Below are positions 31,944 to 60,180 of a DNA stretch of 64,000 nt, one piece after another. The position numbers were made by a program, and so were the translations under genes. Below the pieces are notes generated by a model, which saw only the letters and a list, made by a program, of their open reading frames with translations, was not told where the DNA came from and ran no database searches. Origin of the DNA: Eledone cirrhosa (taxonomy: Eukaryota); NCBI GenBank assembly GCA_964016885.1, contig OZ024745.1:50344001-50408000 (forward strand). The letters run 5' to 3'. The stretch's first letter is position 1. Every line of letters begins with the position of its first letter.

Positions 31944-34347
31944 TAAGTGAATTTAATATATAATTATTTCCTGTGATCAGTAAATAAATCGTAAACCATC
32001 TTTGCCACATAGCAGCGTTGGGGAAATATTCAAAGTGGTGGAGAGGGTCGTATGGTGTTATGACCTGCACTATGACCTTGCATGAATGGTTGTGAAATGA
32101 TGCAAGCTTATTTTCTCAGTGAGGTCAGAGCAATAAGTGTCAAAATCTAGCTCTGTTAGCTAACCATCCCTCTACATTTGAAATTATTTTATTTAGGAGA
32201 ATGGGGCGTCCATTATAGGGCTAGCTTAGGTCGCTAAATGTGCAGACGCCGGCACTGCATATACATCTTTCTACACACATATGAATATATATCGTTTTTC
32301 TACATATAAGTCAATGTGTGCATCGTTTTACAGACATATGACTACATATACTCTTGTCTAAACACATATGACAACATATATATTTTCTACATATCTATAT
32401 TACTATATACACAACACTACTTATACACCTCTCTCTTTAATTAAGTATGCATCTTTCTACACACAGCTATATAGATTTTATTAACAGGAAACTTTAAAAC
32501 AATTTTTTCAAGTGTATGAAGCATTTCAAATATATGGTTAGGATTGTTTTTGGAAGGCCGATTAATGTGAGTTAGAAATACGGGAGTGAAACTAAGTAAG
32601 CCAAATAAATCAAAACAAAACAACAGTTTGCACAATTACATTATATTTCCTGGTATTTCAAAGTTAGGACAACTGGAATGGGAGGAGAAAAGAGACAAAA
32701 GGCAGAATAAAAAGGAGGAGCAGAAAAAGGAGAGCACAGAAAGGAGATCAGAAAAAGCGCGCATAGACAGAAAAAAGAGCAGTAAAAGAGAGCATAGACA
32801 GAAAGGAGAGCAAAGAAAGAGAGCTTAGACAGAAAGGAGAGCAGAAAAAGAGAGCATAGACAGAAAGAAGATCAGAAAAAGAGAGCAGAGACAGAAAGGA
32901 GAACAGAAAAAGAGAGCATAGATAGAAAGGAGAACAGAAAAGGAGACTTTCTCTGCCTTAGTATCGTAGGAAGCATCCGCTAAAGATGTATTAATGATCT
33001 TGAAATACACCAATACCGCTGTAAGTTACGCGGTTAGTAAGTTCACTGTGACAGACAGAGAAACTACATCCATGTTTATTATACATAAACACGTGGGTTC
33101 ATATATACTTGTATATCTCTTTATTGGTGCAGTTGAAAGCAAGTAAAGCACAACATTTACCCTGCTTTATAAATATGATCCATGGCATGGGTTCTTAACT
33201 TTTGATGAAATCGTAAGGGATCGGTCGTCCATGACACAGCGTGCCATGGTCATTTAAACCAGGTGGAACCCATCCCTTTTCAGGTCTGAACACAGCCGAT
33301 TTCTTCCAGAGAAAAAAGCGATCTCGAAGGGATGATGAAAGGCAAAGTTGATCTTGACTGGATTTGAACTTAGAGAGCAAAAAAAAAGCCACAAAGAACA
33401 TCTCGAAGCATTCTATCCGACATATCAATATGATACATTGTGTCTGGATAAAATAAATCAGTGCTTATATCGGATTATTTCACCTAAGCCGGATTAGTAA
33501 GATAACCAGACCAGTAAGGAGTTGATGGGAAGGGTGTTAGTAGCTTGTCTAATAAAACAATATGTTACAAATATGTTACAACTGTAGATTATAAGATTGA
33601 AGTCCCACCCACGGCTTGGTTTTATCACCCAACCACAGGACCAACGACTGGTTAGGAAAGCCGCAGTAGGTTGGTGGAGTATTGTGGCAGTCTGCTATTT
33701 TGCTTGAACGATGATGATGGTGGTGGTGGTGGTGATGATGATGATTATGATAATGACGATGATGATGATGATGATGATCGTGATGATAATGATGATGATG
33801 ATTCTGATGAGGACGACGACGACGACGAAAACGACCATGGCGGTGACTATGATGGTGACGATGATAACGATGAAGATGGTGGTGGTGATGATGATGATGG
33901 TGGCGATGATGATGATGATAATAATTGTTTCTAATTTTGGCACAAGGCCAGCAATTATCCCAGTGCATTACTGGTACTTTATTTTATCGACCCCGTAAGG
34001 ATGAAAGGCAAAGTTAACCTCGGCGGGATTTGAACTCAGAATGGCAAGGGCCGTAACTCTATGTTTCAAAGCATGGATAATAATGCAACACCAAGAAGAA
34101 GCAAAAAGTGAAGTTGTAGGTATTATTGTACCTGTTTGCGGTATCAATAACATACATAAAAGAAGACAAGGTGTAGAGAAGGTGAAGTGGGTGACGTGGA
34201 GAAAAATAAAGAAACTAAACAATAACTACAAAGTGATGTTGTCGGTGGTGATGGTGGTGGTGGTGGGGTGTTGGTCGTCAAGCAGTGTGCACACACCTTG
34301 TGAGGTTCTCCGAGCAGCAAAGAGAAAGTGGGGAGAGATGAGCCGAG

Positions 34348-34452
<105 letters not shown>

Positions 34453-34902
34453 AGTCGAGAGAGGGAATCAAAAAGAGAGAGAGAGGAGGGAAGAGTGAGT
34501 GGGAGAGAGGGACAGAGAGACAGACAGAGAGAGAGAGAGAGAGAGTCCCGAAAATCGAACGTCTGTCGCAATGTGTGACATGTGCAGTACGTGCCTTGGA
34601 CGACCATGCAGCAAACAAAAGCAGACGTTGCATATTTTTCTTCAAAAGCAGACGTTACAAACCGCCCTCCAAACCCCGCCTCAGTCTCTTCCGTCAATGT
34701 TTGTCAACGAAACCAAACTATTTATATATCTGGCTGTTTGACTCTGCAACATCAATTATAAACAACACAAGACAGGCTGTTGCTTCTTCTTGTCGCTCAT
34801 CTTCTATTCATTTTTATCTTAGCATTAACCTTTTCCTTAACCACCACCCTCCATTTTACTGTCAACATATATACGTATGTATGTATGTGTGTGTATGTAA
34901 GC

Positions 34903-34961
<59 letters not shown>

Positions 34962-35153
34962 ATATAGTAATGGCTTCTACAGGACTAGAACTGTTTCATT
35001 CGAAGAATGATTTCTTTCGAATGAAACAGTTCTAGTCCTGTTGAAGCCATTTCTATATTAAATATATATACTCTGCTATGTATTGAGTACCACACACACA
35101 CACACACACACACAGATACACACACACACATACACACACACACACACACACGC

Positions 35154-35193
<40 letters not shown>

Positions 35194-35475
35194 GCATATG
35201 TGTTTGTGTATTGGTGTTGTAGCTGTTGGTGTTACTGTTGTTTCTGTTGTTGTTGTTATTGTTATTGCTATTGTTGATGATGTTTTTGTTGTAGTTGGTG
35301 TTACTGTCGCTGTTGTTGACCTGTGTATTCCAGCAGGTAATCCCTCACCAACGAAACGATTCATCGCAGTCAAAATAACTGTGCCTGTTGTGTTAGTGTA
35401 TTATTACCTGTGTGTTTTTATTTGCCTGTATTTGCTTATGTGTCTATTTGTACGAGTGTGTATGTGTGCGGGTGC

Positions 35476-35565
<90 letters not shown>

Positions 35566-35667
35566 TTGTGTGTGTACATTTGTGCATGTGTGAGTGTCTC
35601 ACTGGGAACAGATGCCAACTAACAGTGACACAAGGTGGTATCATATCTCTCTCTTTCTCTCTCTCTC

Positions 35668-35738
<71 letters not shown>

Positions 35739-35902
35739 ATATATTTCATTTTCCCGTTTATTTCTCTTCTTACTCGCGTCTATTTCTTCTATCTCTCATT
35801 CTACCTTCTGATGAAAGACTAATATCAGAAACGTAAAGAGACTATTCTAATTTATATCATAATTGCACTGTATTGCTCTTCTTTCACTTTTTGACTTTTC
35901 GC

Positions 35903-36054
<152 letters not shown>

Positions 36055-36228
36055 CCCGGGTTCACTCGGTAATCACACCAAGTAAGGTACTCAATATATA
36101 GCAGAGTATATATATATATAATATATAGAAATAGCTTCTACAGGACTAGAACTGTTTCATTCGAGGGAAATCATCAGGAAAGCCCTGATGATTTCCCTCG
36201 AATGAAACAGTTCTAGTCCTGTAGAAGC

Positions 36229-36399
<171 letters not shown>

Positions 36400-36679
36400 T
36401 GATCGATCGTATGTGTAGAAAGGGGGTTAGGCGGGAAATAATGATGCTTACCTTCCAATTTTTTTCAGTCGTGACTTTCTCACTGTAGCAATCACTGATT
36501 ATAGCTGTTATTTGACCTTAAAGGTGGACTTGATCAGATATCAATAATTAGACAAAACCTTTATGTTATTGATTTATCGATACATTCAAAGCTCTTCTAA
36601 CATCTGGCCTACAGAAACCCAGAGTATGGCGGAGAGTTGGTTAACTCCAGAGCTGTGAGATGTGCTAATCGACATTAAT

Positions 36680-37060
36680 GTATCTGGTCAACACCCTATA
36701 TAATGGAATAGACCTCCGTCAGAGTCGACGATGAGTGTTCCAGTTGTTCGATCAACAAAATAACTTGCACGTGAAATTAACAGCAGGTGGCTGAGCATTC
36801 CACAGACACATACGCACTTATTTCGTAATTTCCAATTCACATTAATTTATCTGGCCAACGTCCTATATAATTCAATGGACCTCCGTCAGAGTCGACGATG
36901 AGTGTTCCAGTTGTTCGATCAACAGAACAGTTTTCTCATGAAATTAATGGCAGGTGGCTGAGTATTCCACAGACACATATGCACTTATTTCGTAATTTGC
37001 TGGGAGATTCTACAGGACACAATGTATGACAAGTCAGGCCCTTTGAATAACAGGTACATT
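36680..37060 (+). repeat. About 170-bp direct duplication of a second interspersed repeat; degenerate relatives at about 55770-56050
   Basis: GACCTCCGTCAGAGTCGACGATGAGTGTTCCAGTTGTTCGATCAAC occurs twice, followed by GGTGGCTGAG.ATTCCACAGACAC. Confidence 0.7.
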
Positions 37061-37254
37061 CGATTCCGACGAATTACACTTCTCCTTCTCAATATATTCT
37101 TTTATCTGTTTTAGACTGCGGCCATGCTGGTGCATCCATATTTTTTTATATTCTGACACAAGAAGAAGGCTCAATTTTACCCTAAGAGCAACAAATACAA
37201 TTGGGGAATATCGGAAAGAAATAGGCATAGTTTATCAAAATACAAATCCAAATC

Positions 37255-37570
37255 CAGGGCCTTCTCACTCCTATTGGAGGAACCCCCTCCCTAGTTGACC
37301 TCCACAGCTTCCTATCTCTGGCCATATTGGGATATGTGACACTGAAGTCTCGGGTCAGATAGTTACGCTATCTTGCCTTTGACCTCCCTTTAATTCTTCA
37401 GTGCTTTGGTGTCCACTCTGTCACTCTAATAACCCATCTGTTGTCTCTGAGACGAGAGACATAACCAGCCCATCTATGTTTACCCTTCTTGATGGTCTCG
37501 ATTATGTCCTTCACTCCAGTCTGCTGTGGAATCTAAGTGTTGCTCTTCCTGTCATGTAAGGTGATGTCGA
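37255..37570 (-). mobile_element. Degenerate RTE-like LINE 3' fragment
   Basis: Minus-strand peptide remnants (..GRSKAR*RNYL..WPE..) resembling an RTE C-terminus. Confidence 0.45.
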
Positions 37571-37584
37571 GTTTATCAAAATAA

Positions 37585-38270
37585 GAATGTCTAATTTAGG
37601 TACAAGGCAAGCAATTTGTGGAAGAAGAAAGTCGATTATATCGACCCCAATACTTTACTGGTACTTTACTTTATCGACCCTGGAAGAATGAAATAATTGT
37701 TTCTATTTTTGGCACAAGGCCAGCAATTATCCCACTGCATTACTGGTACTTTATTATATCGACCCCGTAAAGATGAAAGGCAAAGTTAACCTCGGAAGGA
37801 TGAAATAGGCACAAGGCCAGCAATTATCCAGTAAATTACTGGTACTTTATTTTATCGACCCCGTAAGGATGAAAGGCAAAGTCAACCTCGGCGGGATTTG
37901 AACTCAGATCGTAAAGGGACGTAACTATGCTAGAAAACATGGCGTCCGACCCTCCACCGATACTGCCAATAATGAAAGTAATGTATATTCAATAATTGTT
38001 TCTACATTTGGCACAAGGCCAGCAATTATCCCAGTGTATTACTGGTGCTTTATTTTATCGACCCCGTAAGGATGAAAGGCAAAGTTAACCTCGGCGGGAT
38101 TTGAACTCAGACCATAAAGGGACGTAACTCTTTGCTGCAAAGCATGGCGTCCGACCCTCTACCAATACTGCCAATCCACCGCCCTACAAAATAATGTTTC
38201 TACTTTTGGCACAAGGCCAGCGATTACCCCAGTGCACCACTGGTACTTTATTTTATCGACCTCGTGAAAG
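37585..38270 (-). mobile_element. Cluster of about 5 head-to-tail or nested SINE copies
   Basis: GG(C/T)ACAAGGC and TATCGACC motifs recur near 37600, 37710, 37808, 38010 and 38208. Confidence 0.85.
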
Positions 38271-38679
38271 CATTTGCGTTATATTGCTGTGTCACCTTTT
38301 GAAAATTAAAAATACTGTTGTTTCAATTTATTTGGGATAAAATGTAGTTTATCAGTGAATATCAGGTTGACTTAAGAAACATTGAGAAAATTTGAATGTT
38401 TCAATGTAGTCGTCCCAACGTAAATGACTACAATAATTGTTTCTACATTTGGAGTATTGGACAACGTACTTTGCGGTATATAGCTACAGCCGTTTACGTT
38501 CTGAGTTCAAATCCCGCAGAGGTCAGCTTTGCCTCTCATCTTTACGGGATTGGTAAAATAAAGTACCAGTAACTCACTGGACACAATCTAATCGCTTTTC
38601 TCCTACCCCGAAATTGTTAGTCATGTGTCTAAATCAGAAACTGTGATGATAGTCATTTTAATGTAAATAGTAAACATCT

Positions 38680-39180
38680 ATTTTAATGAATTAATGAAGA
38701 ATTTTTAGTGAATTACTAAAATGGTTATTTTCTCACGAAGATAGTAACAACATATGGTTCTTCTATAAATTTACGATTTTAATTTAAATAGTAACCTTTT
38801 AAAATGGGTGCTTTTGTTTAATAGAACCGGTTTTGTATGGATTGGTGTCAAAAGGAGTAATGAATAATTTTGAAGGATTTACTAAAATTATTAATTATTT
38901 CATTACTAAGATATTAACTTAATATGTGGTTCTTATATAAAATCATAATTTTAATTTAAACGGGCACCCTTTTTAAATGGATGGTTGCTTTTGTGGAAGC
39001 AGAAGCGATTTTGGTTGAGCTGCTATGAAAAGGGTTAAGGAATAATTTTGATGAATTTACTAAAATTATTTCATTACTTAGAAATTAACTTAATATAGGG
39101 TTCTTATATAAAATTAAAATTTTTAATACTAATAGGAACCGGGGCCGGTTTTGGAGGGATTGGTATCAAATGAGTTAAAC
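38680..39180 (+). repeat. Three degenerate tandem units of about 170 bp
   Basis: GAATAATTTTGA....TTTACTAAAAT..TT and GGTTCTT.TATAAA recur at about 38700, 38865 and 39040. Confidence 0.65.
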
Positions 39181-39562
39181 GTATAGGTGCCTAAATCTCC
39201 CTCACTCTACACACACGCACACACGAAAAAAAAAAAAAAAGCTACGGAACTTCAAATTTTCATATTCAGAGGTGAGTCTTTTATAATAGTAATAGGAATG
39301 AACATCATGGCAAGATTTCACCTTGGAACGTAAAGGGCTTTAAACAATCTAGCGATTGGACTAGAAAATAGATGAGAAGCAAACAATCGATTATATCGAC
39401 TCAACAAGTCACAGGTATTTTATTTTATTGTCACCTAAAGATGAAAGCCAAAGTTGAACATAACGGTGCTAGAACGCTAAACCTGAAGAGCCTGAACAAA
39501 TACATCAAACAGTTTTAATCGTCGTTCTAACGATTCTCTATATATATATCGCATATATATAT

Positions 39563-39738
<176 letters not shown>

Positions 39739-39874
39739 GTAGGTCCCGGGTTGAGTCGGGGATAACCACAGTAAGTAAGGTACTCAATACATGGCAGAGT
39801 AAAATTTTTTTATTTTATAGAAGGAGCTTCTACAGGACTACTACTGTTTCATTCAGATGAAATCTTCAGGAAGC

Positions 39875-39923
39875 GCTTCCTGAAGATTTCATCTGAATGA
39901 AACAGTACTAGTCCTGTAGAAGC
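39875..39923 (+). ncRNA. Type I hammerhead ribozyme motif, same family (mirror copy on -)
   Basis: GCTTC-CTGAAGA-TTTCATCTGAAT-GAAACAG-TACTAGTC-CTGTA-GAAGC; helix I covaries relative to the 40396 copy. Confidence 0.8.
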
Positions 39924-39942
39924 TCCTTCTATAAAATAAAAT

Positions 39943-40063
<121 letters not shown>

Positions 40064-40072
40064 ATATATATA

Positions 40073-40121
<49 letters not shown>

Positions 40122-40180
40122 CGTGAACCTAATAAACTTTTATTTGTACTGTCTCTCTGTTTTTGTTCCCGTCCAAGTTT

Positions 40181-40235
<55 letters not shown>

Positions 40236-40395
40236 GTTATTCCGGGTTGAATCGGAGGTAACCACAGTAAGTAAGGTACTCAATACATAGCAGAGTATAA
40301 AAGTTTTAATATAGATGAGATTCTACAGGACTAGAACTGTTTCATTCTTTAGAAATCATCAGGAATCTGGGTATCAAAAAATTTTTTTGATACCC

Positions 40396-40446
40396 AGATT
40401 CCTGATGATTTCTAAAGAATGAAACAGTTCTAGTCCTGTAGAATCT
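40396..40446 (+). ncRNA. Type I hammerhead ribozyme motif (mirror copy on - at 40318-40368)
   Basis: AGATTC-CTGATGA-TTTCTAAAGAAT-GAAACAG-TTCTAGTC-CTGTA-GAATCT: helix I AGATTC/GAATCT, helix III ACAG/CTGT, GUA cleavage triplet. Confidence 0.8.
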
Positions 40447-40458
40447 CATCTATATTAA

Positions 40459-40501
<43 letters not shown>

Positions 40502-40509
40502 CACACACA

Positions 40510-40622
<113 letters not shown>

Positions 40623-40897
40623 GGGCGCGCACGCACAAATAGGAGCTAAGGTGAGGGCTTCATCTTGACCCCTCGGCCTGTTAGAAATAGCAACTAACTC
40701 ACACACAACCGTCTAAATATGACAAATTGGATGTGACCTGTGGTTTCATGAGCGTGTGAAAAGGTTGAGATGGTCATGGCTGAAATGCTTTTGATCATAG
40801 ATCTGCTGCATCAGGGTTAAACAACATAAACACACACATACACATGCACACGCACATGCACATATATTTATAAATATACACACATACATTTATAAAT

Positions 40898-40990
<93 letters not shown>

Positions 40991-41239
40991 CTATATACCC
41001 CCTCTACCACAAAGTACCCGTACGGAAGCACAACACAAGTACACCCGCTCATTAACAGAAAAACATATCACGCACACATACACACAAACACACACACATA
41101 CATACACTCACACACACACACACACTAGCTAAAAGCTAGTCAGTCAAACATGCTGAAAAACCAGGCTGTGGCAAGCAAACACCCTCATTGTCTATTTATT
41201 ATATATATTTATTTATTTATGTACTTTATTTGGTGTTAA

Positions 41240-43065
41240 ACACTACCACCACCACCACCACCACAACCACTACCACCACCGCCGCTACCAGCACCACCAC
41301 AGCCACAACGCCACCACCGCCACTTCCACCACCGCACCACCACCACCACCACTACCACCACCACCACCACCACAACCACTACCACCACCGCCGCTACCAG
41401 CACCACCACAGCCACAACGCCACCACCGTCACTTCCACCACCGCACCACCACCACCACCACCACTACCACCACCACCACCACCACAACCACCACCACCAC
41501 CACCACCACCACCACCACCACCACCACCACCACCACTACTACCACCTCCACTACCCCAATATGTAGGCCCTTGTGGCCAATAAAGTAATTATTATTATTT
41601 AGTAGTAGTAGTAGTAGTAGTAGTGACTGTCATCATTATTGCTGTTGTTATTGTTGTAGAAAAGGGCGGTGGATTGGCAGTATCAGTAGAGGGTCGGACG
41701 CCATGCTTTGACGCATAGAGTTACGGCCCTTGCCATTCTGAGTTCAAATCCCGCCGAGGTTAACTTTGCCTTTCATCCTTATGGGTTCGATAAAATAAAG
41801 TACCAGTAATGTACTGGTTAATTGCTGGCCTTGTGCCTAAAGTAGAAACAATTATTATCACTGTCATTATGAGTTCAAATACCGCCTCTGTCAACTTAGC
41901 CGTTCGTCCTTCTAAGATCGATAAAATACCAGTCAAGTACTGGTCCCACTTCCAAATTGTTGGCCGTTCATCCTTACGGGGTCGATAAAACAAAGTACCA
42001 GTAATACACTTGGATAATTGCTGGCCTTGTGCCAAAAGTATAAACAATGATTATCATTTATCCGTGAATTTACTTCAGTTGGTGTTGTTGATGGTTGTGG
42101 TGATGTTGTTGTTGTTGGTGGTGGTGGTGGTGTTGTTGCTGGTGTTGGTGGTGGTGTTGGTGGTGGTTGTGGTGATAGCGTTGTTGTTGTTGTTGATGGT
42201 TGTGGTGTTGTTACTGGTGGTGTTGTTGTTGATGGTGGTGGTGTTGTTGTTGGTTGTGGTGGTGGTGGTGTTGTTGATGTTTGTGGTGTTGTTGATGGCT
42301 GTGGTGACGGTGTTGTTGTTATTGATGGTGGTGGTGGTGGTGGTGCTGGTGGTGGTGCTGGTGCTGGTAGCGGCGGTGGCCGCTGGTGGTGGTGGTGGTG
42401 TTGTTGCTGGTGGTGGTGGTTGTGGTGATAGTGTTGCTGTTGTTGATGTTTGTGGTGTTGTTGCTGGTGGTGTTGTTGTTGATGGTGGTTGTGGTGATGG
42501 TGTTGTTGTTATTGATGGTGGTGGTGGTGTTGTTGTTGGTGGTGGTGGTGTTGTTGTTATTGATGGTGGTGGTGGTGGTGTTGTTGGTGGTGGTGGTGTT
42601 GTTGTTATTGATGGTGGTGGTGTTGTTGTCGTTGGTGGTGGTGGTGGTTGTGGTGGTTGTTGTTGTTGATGGTTGTGGTGTTGTTACTGGTGGTGGTGGT
42701 GTTGTTGGTGATGTTGTTGGTGGTGTTGTTGGTGGTGGTGGTTGTTGTTGTTGATGGTTGTGGTGTTGTTGCTGGTAGTGGTGGTGTTGTTGGTGGTGTT
42801 GTTGGTGTTGTTGGTGGTGTTGTTGGTGTTGTTGCTGGTGGTGATGGTGTTGTTGGTGGTTGTGGTGATGTTGTTGGTGGTTGTGGTGATGGTGGTGTTG
42901 TTGTTGGGGGTGTTGTTGTTGTTGGTGTTGTTGTTGGTGGTTGTGGTGATGGCGTTGTTGTTATTGGTGGTGGTGTTGTTAATGGTTGTGGTGATGTTGT
43001 TGTTGTTGATGGTGGTGTTGTTGTTGTTGTTGGTGGTTGTGGTGTTGATGGTTGTAGTGATGGTG

Positions 43066-43099
<34 letters not shown>

Positions 43100-43730
43100 T
43101 GGTGGCGGTGTTGGTAGTGTTGGTGATGTTACTGGTGCTAGGCAGTGTTGTTGTTGTTGATGTTGGTGGTGTTGGTGTTAGTGGTGTTGTTGTTGGTGGT
43201 GTGGTGTTGGTGGCGTTGGTGGTGTTGGTGTCATTGGTAGTGTTGGTGTTGATGTTGTTGGTAATGATGTTGGTGGAGTTGGTGGTGTTGTTAATGTTGG
43301 TGTTGGTGTTGTTGGTGGTGTTGGTGGTGTTGTTGGTGGTGTTGGTGGTGGTGTTGGTGGTGGTATTGTTGGTGGTGTTGGTGGTGGTGTTGTTGGTGGT
43401 GTTGGTGGTGGTGTTGGTGGTGGTATTGTTGGTGGTGTTGGTGGTGGTGTTGGTGGTGGTGTTGGTGGTGGTGTTGGTGGTGGAGTTGTGGTGTTGTTAG
43501 TGTTGGTGTTGGTGTTGTTGGTGGTGTTGGTGGTGTTGGTGGTGTTGGTGTTGGTGTTGTTGGTTGTGTTGTTGGTGGTGTTGGTGGTGTTGTTAGTGTT
43601 GGTGTTGGTGTTGGTGGTGGTGTTGGTGGTGGTGTTGGTGGTGGTGTTGTTGGTGATGTTGTTGGTGGTGTTGTTGGTGGTGTTGTTGGTGGTAATGTCG
43701 GTGGTGTTGGTAGTGATGTTGGTGTTGGGG
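41240..43730. repeat. (ACC)n tract 41240-41555 and a 1.65-kb degenerate (GGT/GTT)n tract 42075-43730 upstream of PRDM13
   Basis: Directly visible trinucleotide repeats. Confidence 0.95.
41664..41855 (+). mobile_element. tRNA-derived SINE, full-length copy (MetaSINE-like core)
   Basis: A box TGGCAGTATCAG, B box GAGTTCAAATCC, core TTTGCCTTTCATCCTT..GG.TCGATAAAATAAAGTACCAG, tail GGCCTTGTGCCTAAAGTAGAAACAATTATT. More than 15 copies in the window. Confidence 0.88.
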
Positions 43731-44335
43731 TGAGGGAGGGAGCTTTTGTTAAAGGCCTGTCACTTCTACCTTGGAAACATCTGTGTCAACGGCGAATTTC
43801 TCTCACATCTTCCTCTCCTCTCACCCCCTTCTCACATCTTCCTCCCTCTCTCTCTCTCCTCTCCTCTTCCCCCTTCCTCACGTCTCACCTGCCGCCTCCA
43901 CCCACTCCTAGACACGGAAGTCTAGCGCTGTTCGGTCGCCTTGAAAAGCACCAGCGAAATCAGGATGACTGTCAGTCGTAGAGATTACTCTAGCTTGTCA
44001 ACAACACCACCACCCAAAAAACTGGTGCCCTGCCCTGCCTTGCCTGGGTCGGGTTGGACGGACAACCCGTTACTTGTTGTCCTCGCGTACTTTGAAGGTG
44101 TTTAACGTTGTTTGACGTTGTTGGCGTTATTCACATAGTTCATTTTTATTTATATATTTATTTATTTATTTATTTATTTATTTATTACACCAGTCTTAAC
44201 CGTTTTATAAACAGACTTCACCAGCATCATCATCGTCCTTTTCACCATTATCATCGCTACCGTCGTCATCACCATCATCGTCGTGATCCCTATCATAGTC
44301 ATCATCATCATCATCATCATCATCATAATCATCAT

Positions 44336-44366
<31 letters not shown>

Positions 44367-44734
44367 AGCATCATTATCATCATCAGAATTTACCGTCGTC
44401 GTTGTTGCTGTTGGATAATTCCTCCTGTTGCGATCTTCCCGAAGAAGACCTTCCTGCCAACAACAGTTTGGTAACAAGTGCCGTCGTTAATGCTATCTTC
44501 CAAACACTATTTCTGCATCCTTCGCAGACACAGACGCAATTGCAGTGACACTCACCCATAGACCTCCAGATCTAAACCTAAATAACAGGTGGAAGCCTTG
44601 ACTGACGTCCACCACCCCGACTCTCGCAGACACGGACGCAATTACAGAGCGACACATACCCGGATACCCCAACCAAAACCTAAACCTAAATAACTGGTGG
44701 AAGCCCTGTCCGAATTTCATACACAGTTACAGAA

Positions 44735-58434
<13,700 letters not shown>

Positions 58435-58578
58435 GACAAAACTTTATAAATTAGAAAAAAGAAAACCAAGTAAAACCTAAAAAAATATATATAGATATTT
58501 ATTTATTTATTTTATTGATGAACAGTAACTGCTGCATGTAAATATATTTGTATATAATTATACATATTGATATACATA

Positions 58579-58640
<62 letters not shown>

Positions 58641-59102
58641 ATGTACTATGGCTACAAAGCTATATCAGTGACTCGTGGGCCAAACCTATATATATATATA
58701 TATATTTATTTATATATAATATTTATTTGTACCATCAAATTAAAGATAATATTAAAACCAATACAATTTATCAAATGATCTCAGAAACGAATTTTGTTGT
58801 TGTTGCTGCTGCTGTTATTTGTTTTTATCGTTATTATAATTATTGCTGTTATTAATAATGTTGTTATTGTTGTTGAAGTAATCACTGATAAAAAAAAAAA
58901 TAATAAAAAAATTCTATTATGTCATGTGATGGCGTCTAATGAGGTCCATCGTGATACGAGGTGTGTCTAGTGCATTTATACCAGGCAGAGCCCATTTCTC
59001 ACCAAGCCTGAACACAGCTGATTTACTACAGAGAAAGAAAGAGTTATAGATGAATAATCGACACCAATACTTAACTGGTACATTATTTATCGACATCGAT
59101 GA

Positions 59103-59286
59103 ATTGGCAGTATCGGTAGAAGGTCTGACGCCATGCTTTGCAGCAAAGAGTTACGGCCCTTTATGATCCGAGTTCAAATCCCGCCGAGGTTAACTTTGCC
59201 TTTCATCCTTACGGGGTCGATAAAATAAAGTACCAGTAATACACTGGAATAATTGCTGGCCTTGTGCCAAAAGTAGAAACAATTAT
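59103..59286 (+). mobile_element. tRNA-derived SINE downstream of PRDM13
   Basis: A box TGGCAGTATCGG, B box GAGTTCAAATCC, same core and tail. Confidence 0.88.
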
Positions 59287-60076
59287 TTATCGACATTGAA
59301 AGAATGAAAGTAAAACTGACCTCGGCGGGGTTGGAACTCAGAGAGCAAGAGAGCCGGAACTAATACGGCAAAATATTCTATCCGTCGTTTGTCAATTAAT
59401 TCACCGCCTTAACACTGTGGTTATATATGTTAGTTATTTAACTGACAGCGAGCGGCAGCTCTCTAAGTTCGAACAGGGTGGTGCATTGTGTCCTCCTTGA
59501 GTAAGACACTCCATTTCTCATTACTCCAGCTCCCTCAGTTGAAAGATGGAAAAATGAGTACCATCAGAGCTGAGGGTTAATCTTGTGACGGACTGACATT
59601 GCATTCTCGTGTACTTAACTCAAGTGAAACCAAGATAAGCTTCTGCCTGTTAATCCTCAAGGATTGAGACAGGCTTTAACTCTGTAATGAACTGGTGTCC
59701 CACCCATTTACAGGATGGTCTTCTACTCTCAAACCAAGATAATTTCTGGCCTGGTGAGCTTCGGGGGGATTGGGAAAGACTTTAATCGTGTGGATTGCTA
59801 TATTGTACTCCCAAGCTGGAGTTAATTAATACCAATGAAAACAGGATAAGTTCCGACCAGATGGGCCACTTGGCCTCGAGACAGGCTTTAACATAACTAA
59901 CTTATTTCATCAACCCTACCTCCATGAAAGATACAATGTGAACCTTAACGAGAATTGAATTCAGAATATATAAAGGAACGTTAGGAAATCTCGCACGACA
60001 TATTGTGCAACATTCTAAGGAAATTTGGTAGATGGAAACTGTGAGGAAGCCTGACATACACACACATATATGTATA

Positions 60077-60180
60077 TACAGGATGTCCCCAAAAATACAT
60101 ACACTCTTTGATTACCTGTACAGGCAATATTTATTAGAATTCTATTGACGTGTGTATACATTTTTGGGGGAAACATGTGT
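60077..60180. mobile_element. Tc1/mariner-like MITE
   Basis: TA-CAGGATGTCCCCAAAAATACATACAC ... GTGTATACATTTTTGGGGGAAACATG: imperfect terminal inverted repeats. Confidence 0.5.

Noticed and set aside
35601-35617. TGGGAA-CAGATG as a PTF1 (E-box plus TC-box) site
   Set aside because: The boxes abut without the helical-turn spacing typical of PTF1 sites; a chance match is likely.
41664-41760. A-box/B-box sequences as tRNA genes
   Set aside because: They are heads of a multicopy SINE with a common core and tail; no cloverleaf.
44108-44548. His/Gln-rich ORF as an N-terminal extension of PRDM13
   Set aside because: Non-ATG start, built on a (CAT)n repeat, and ends in a stop before the 44735 ATG with no convincing splice link.
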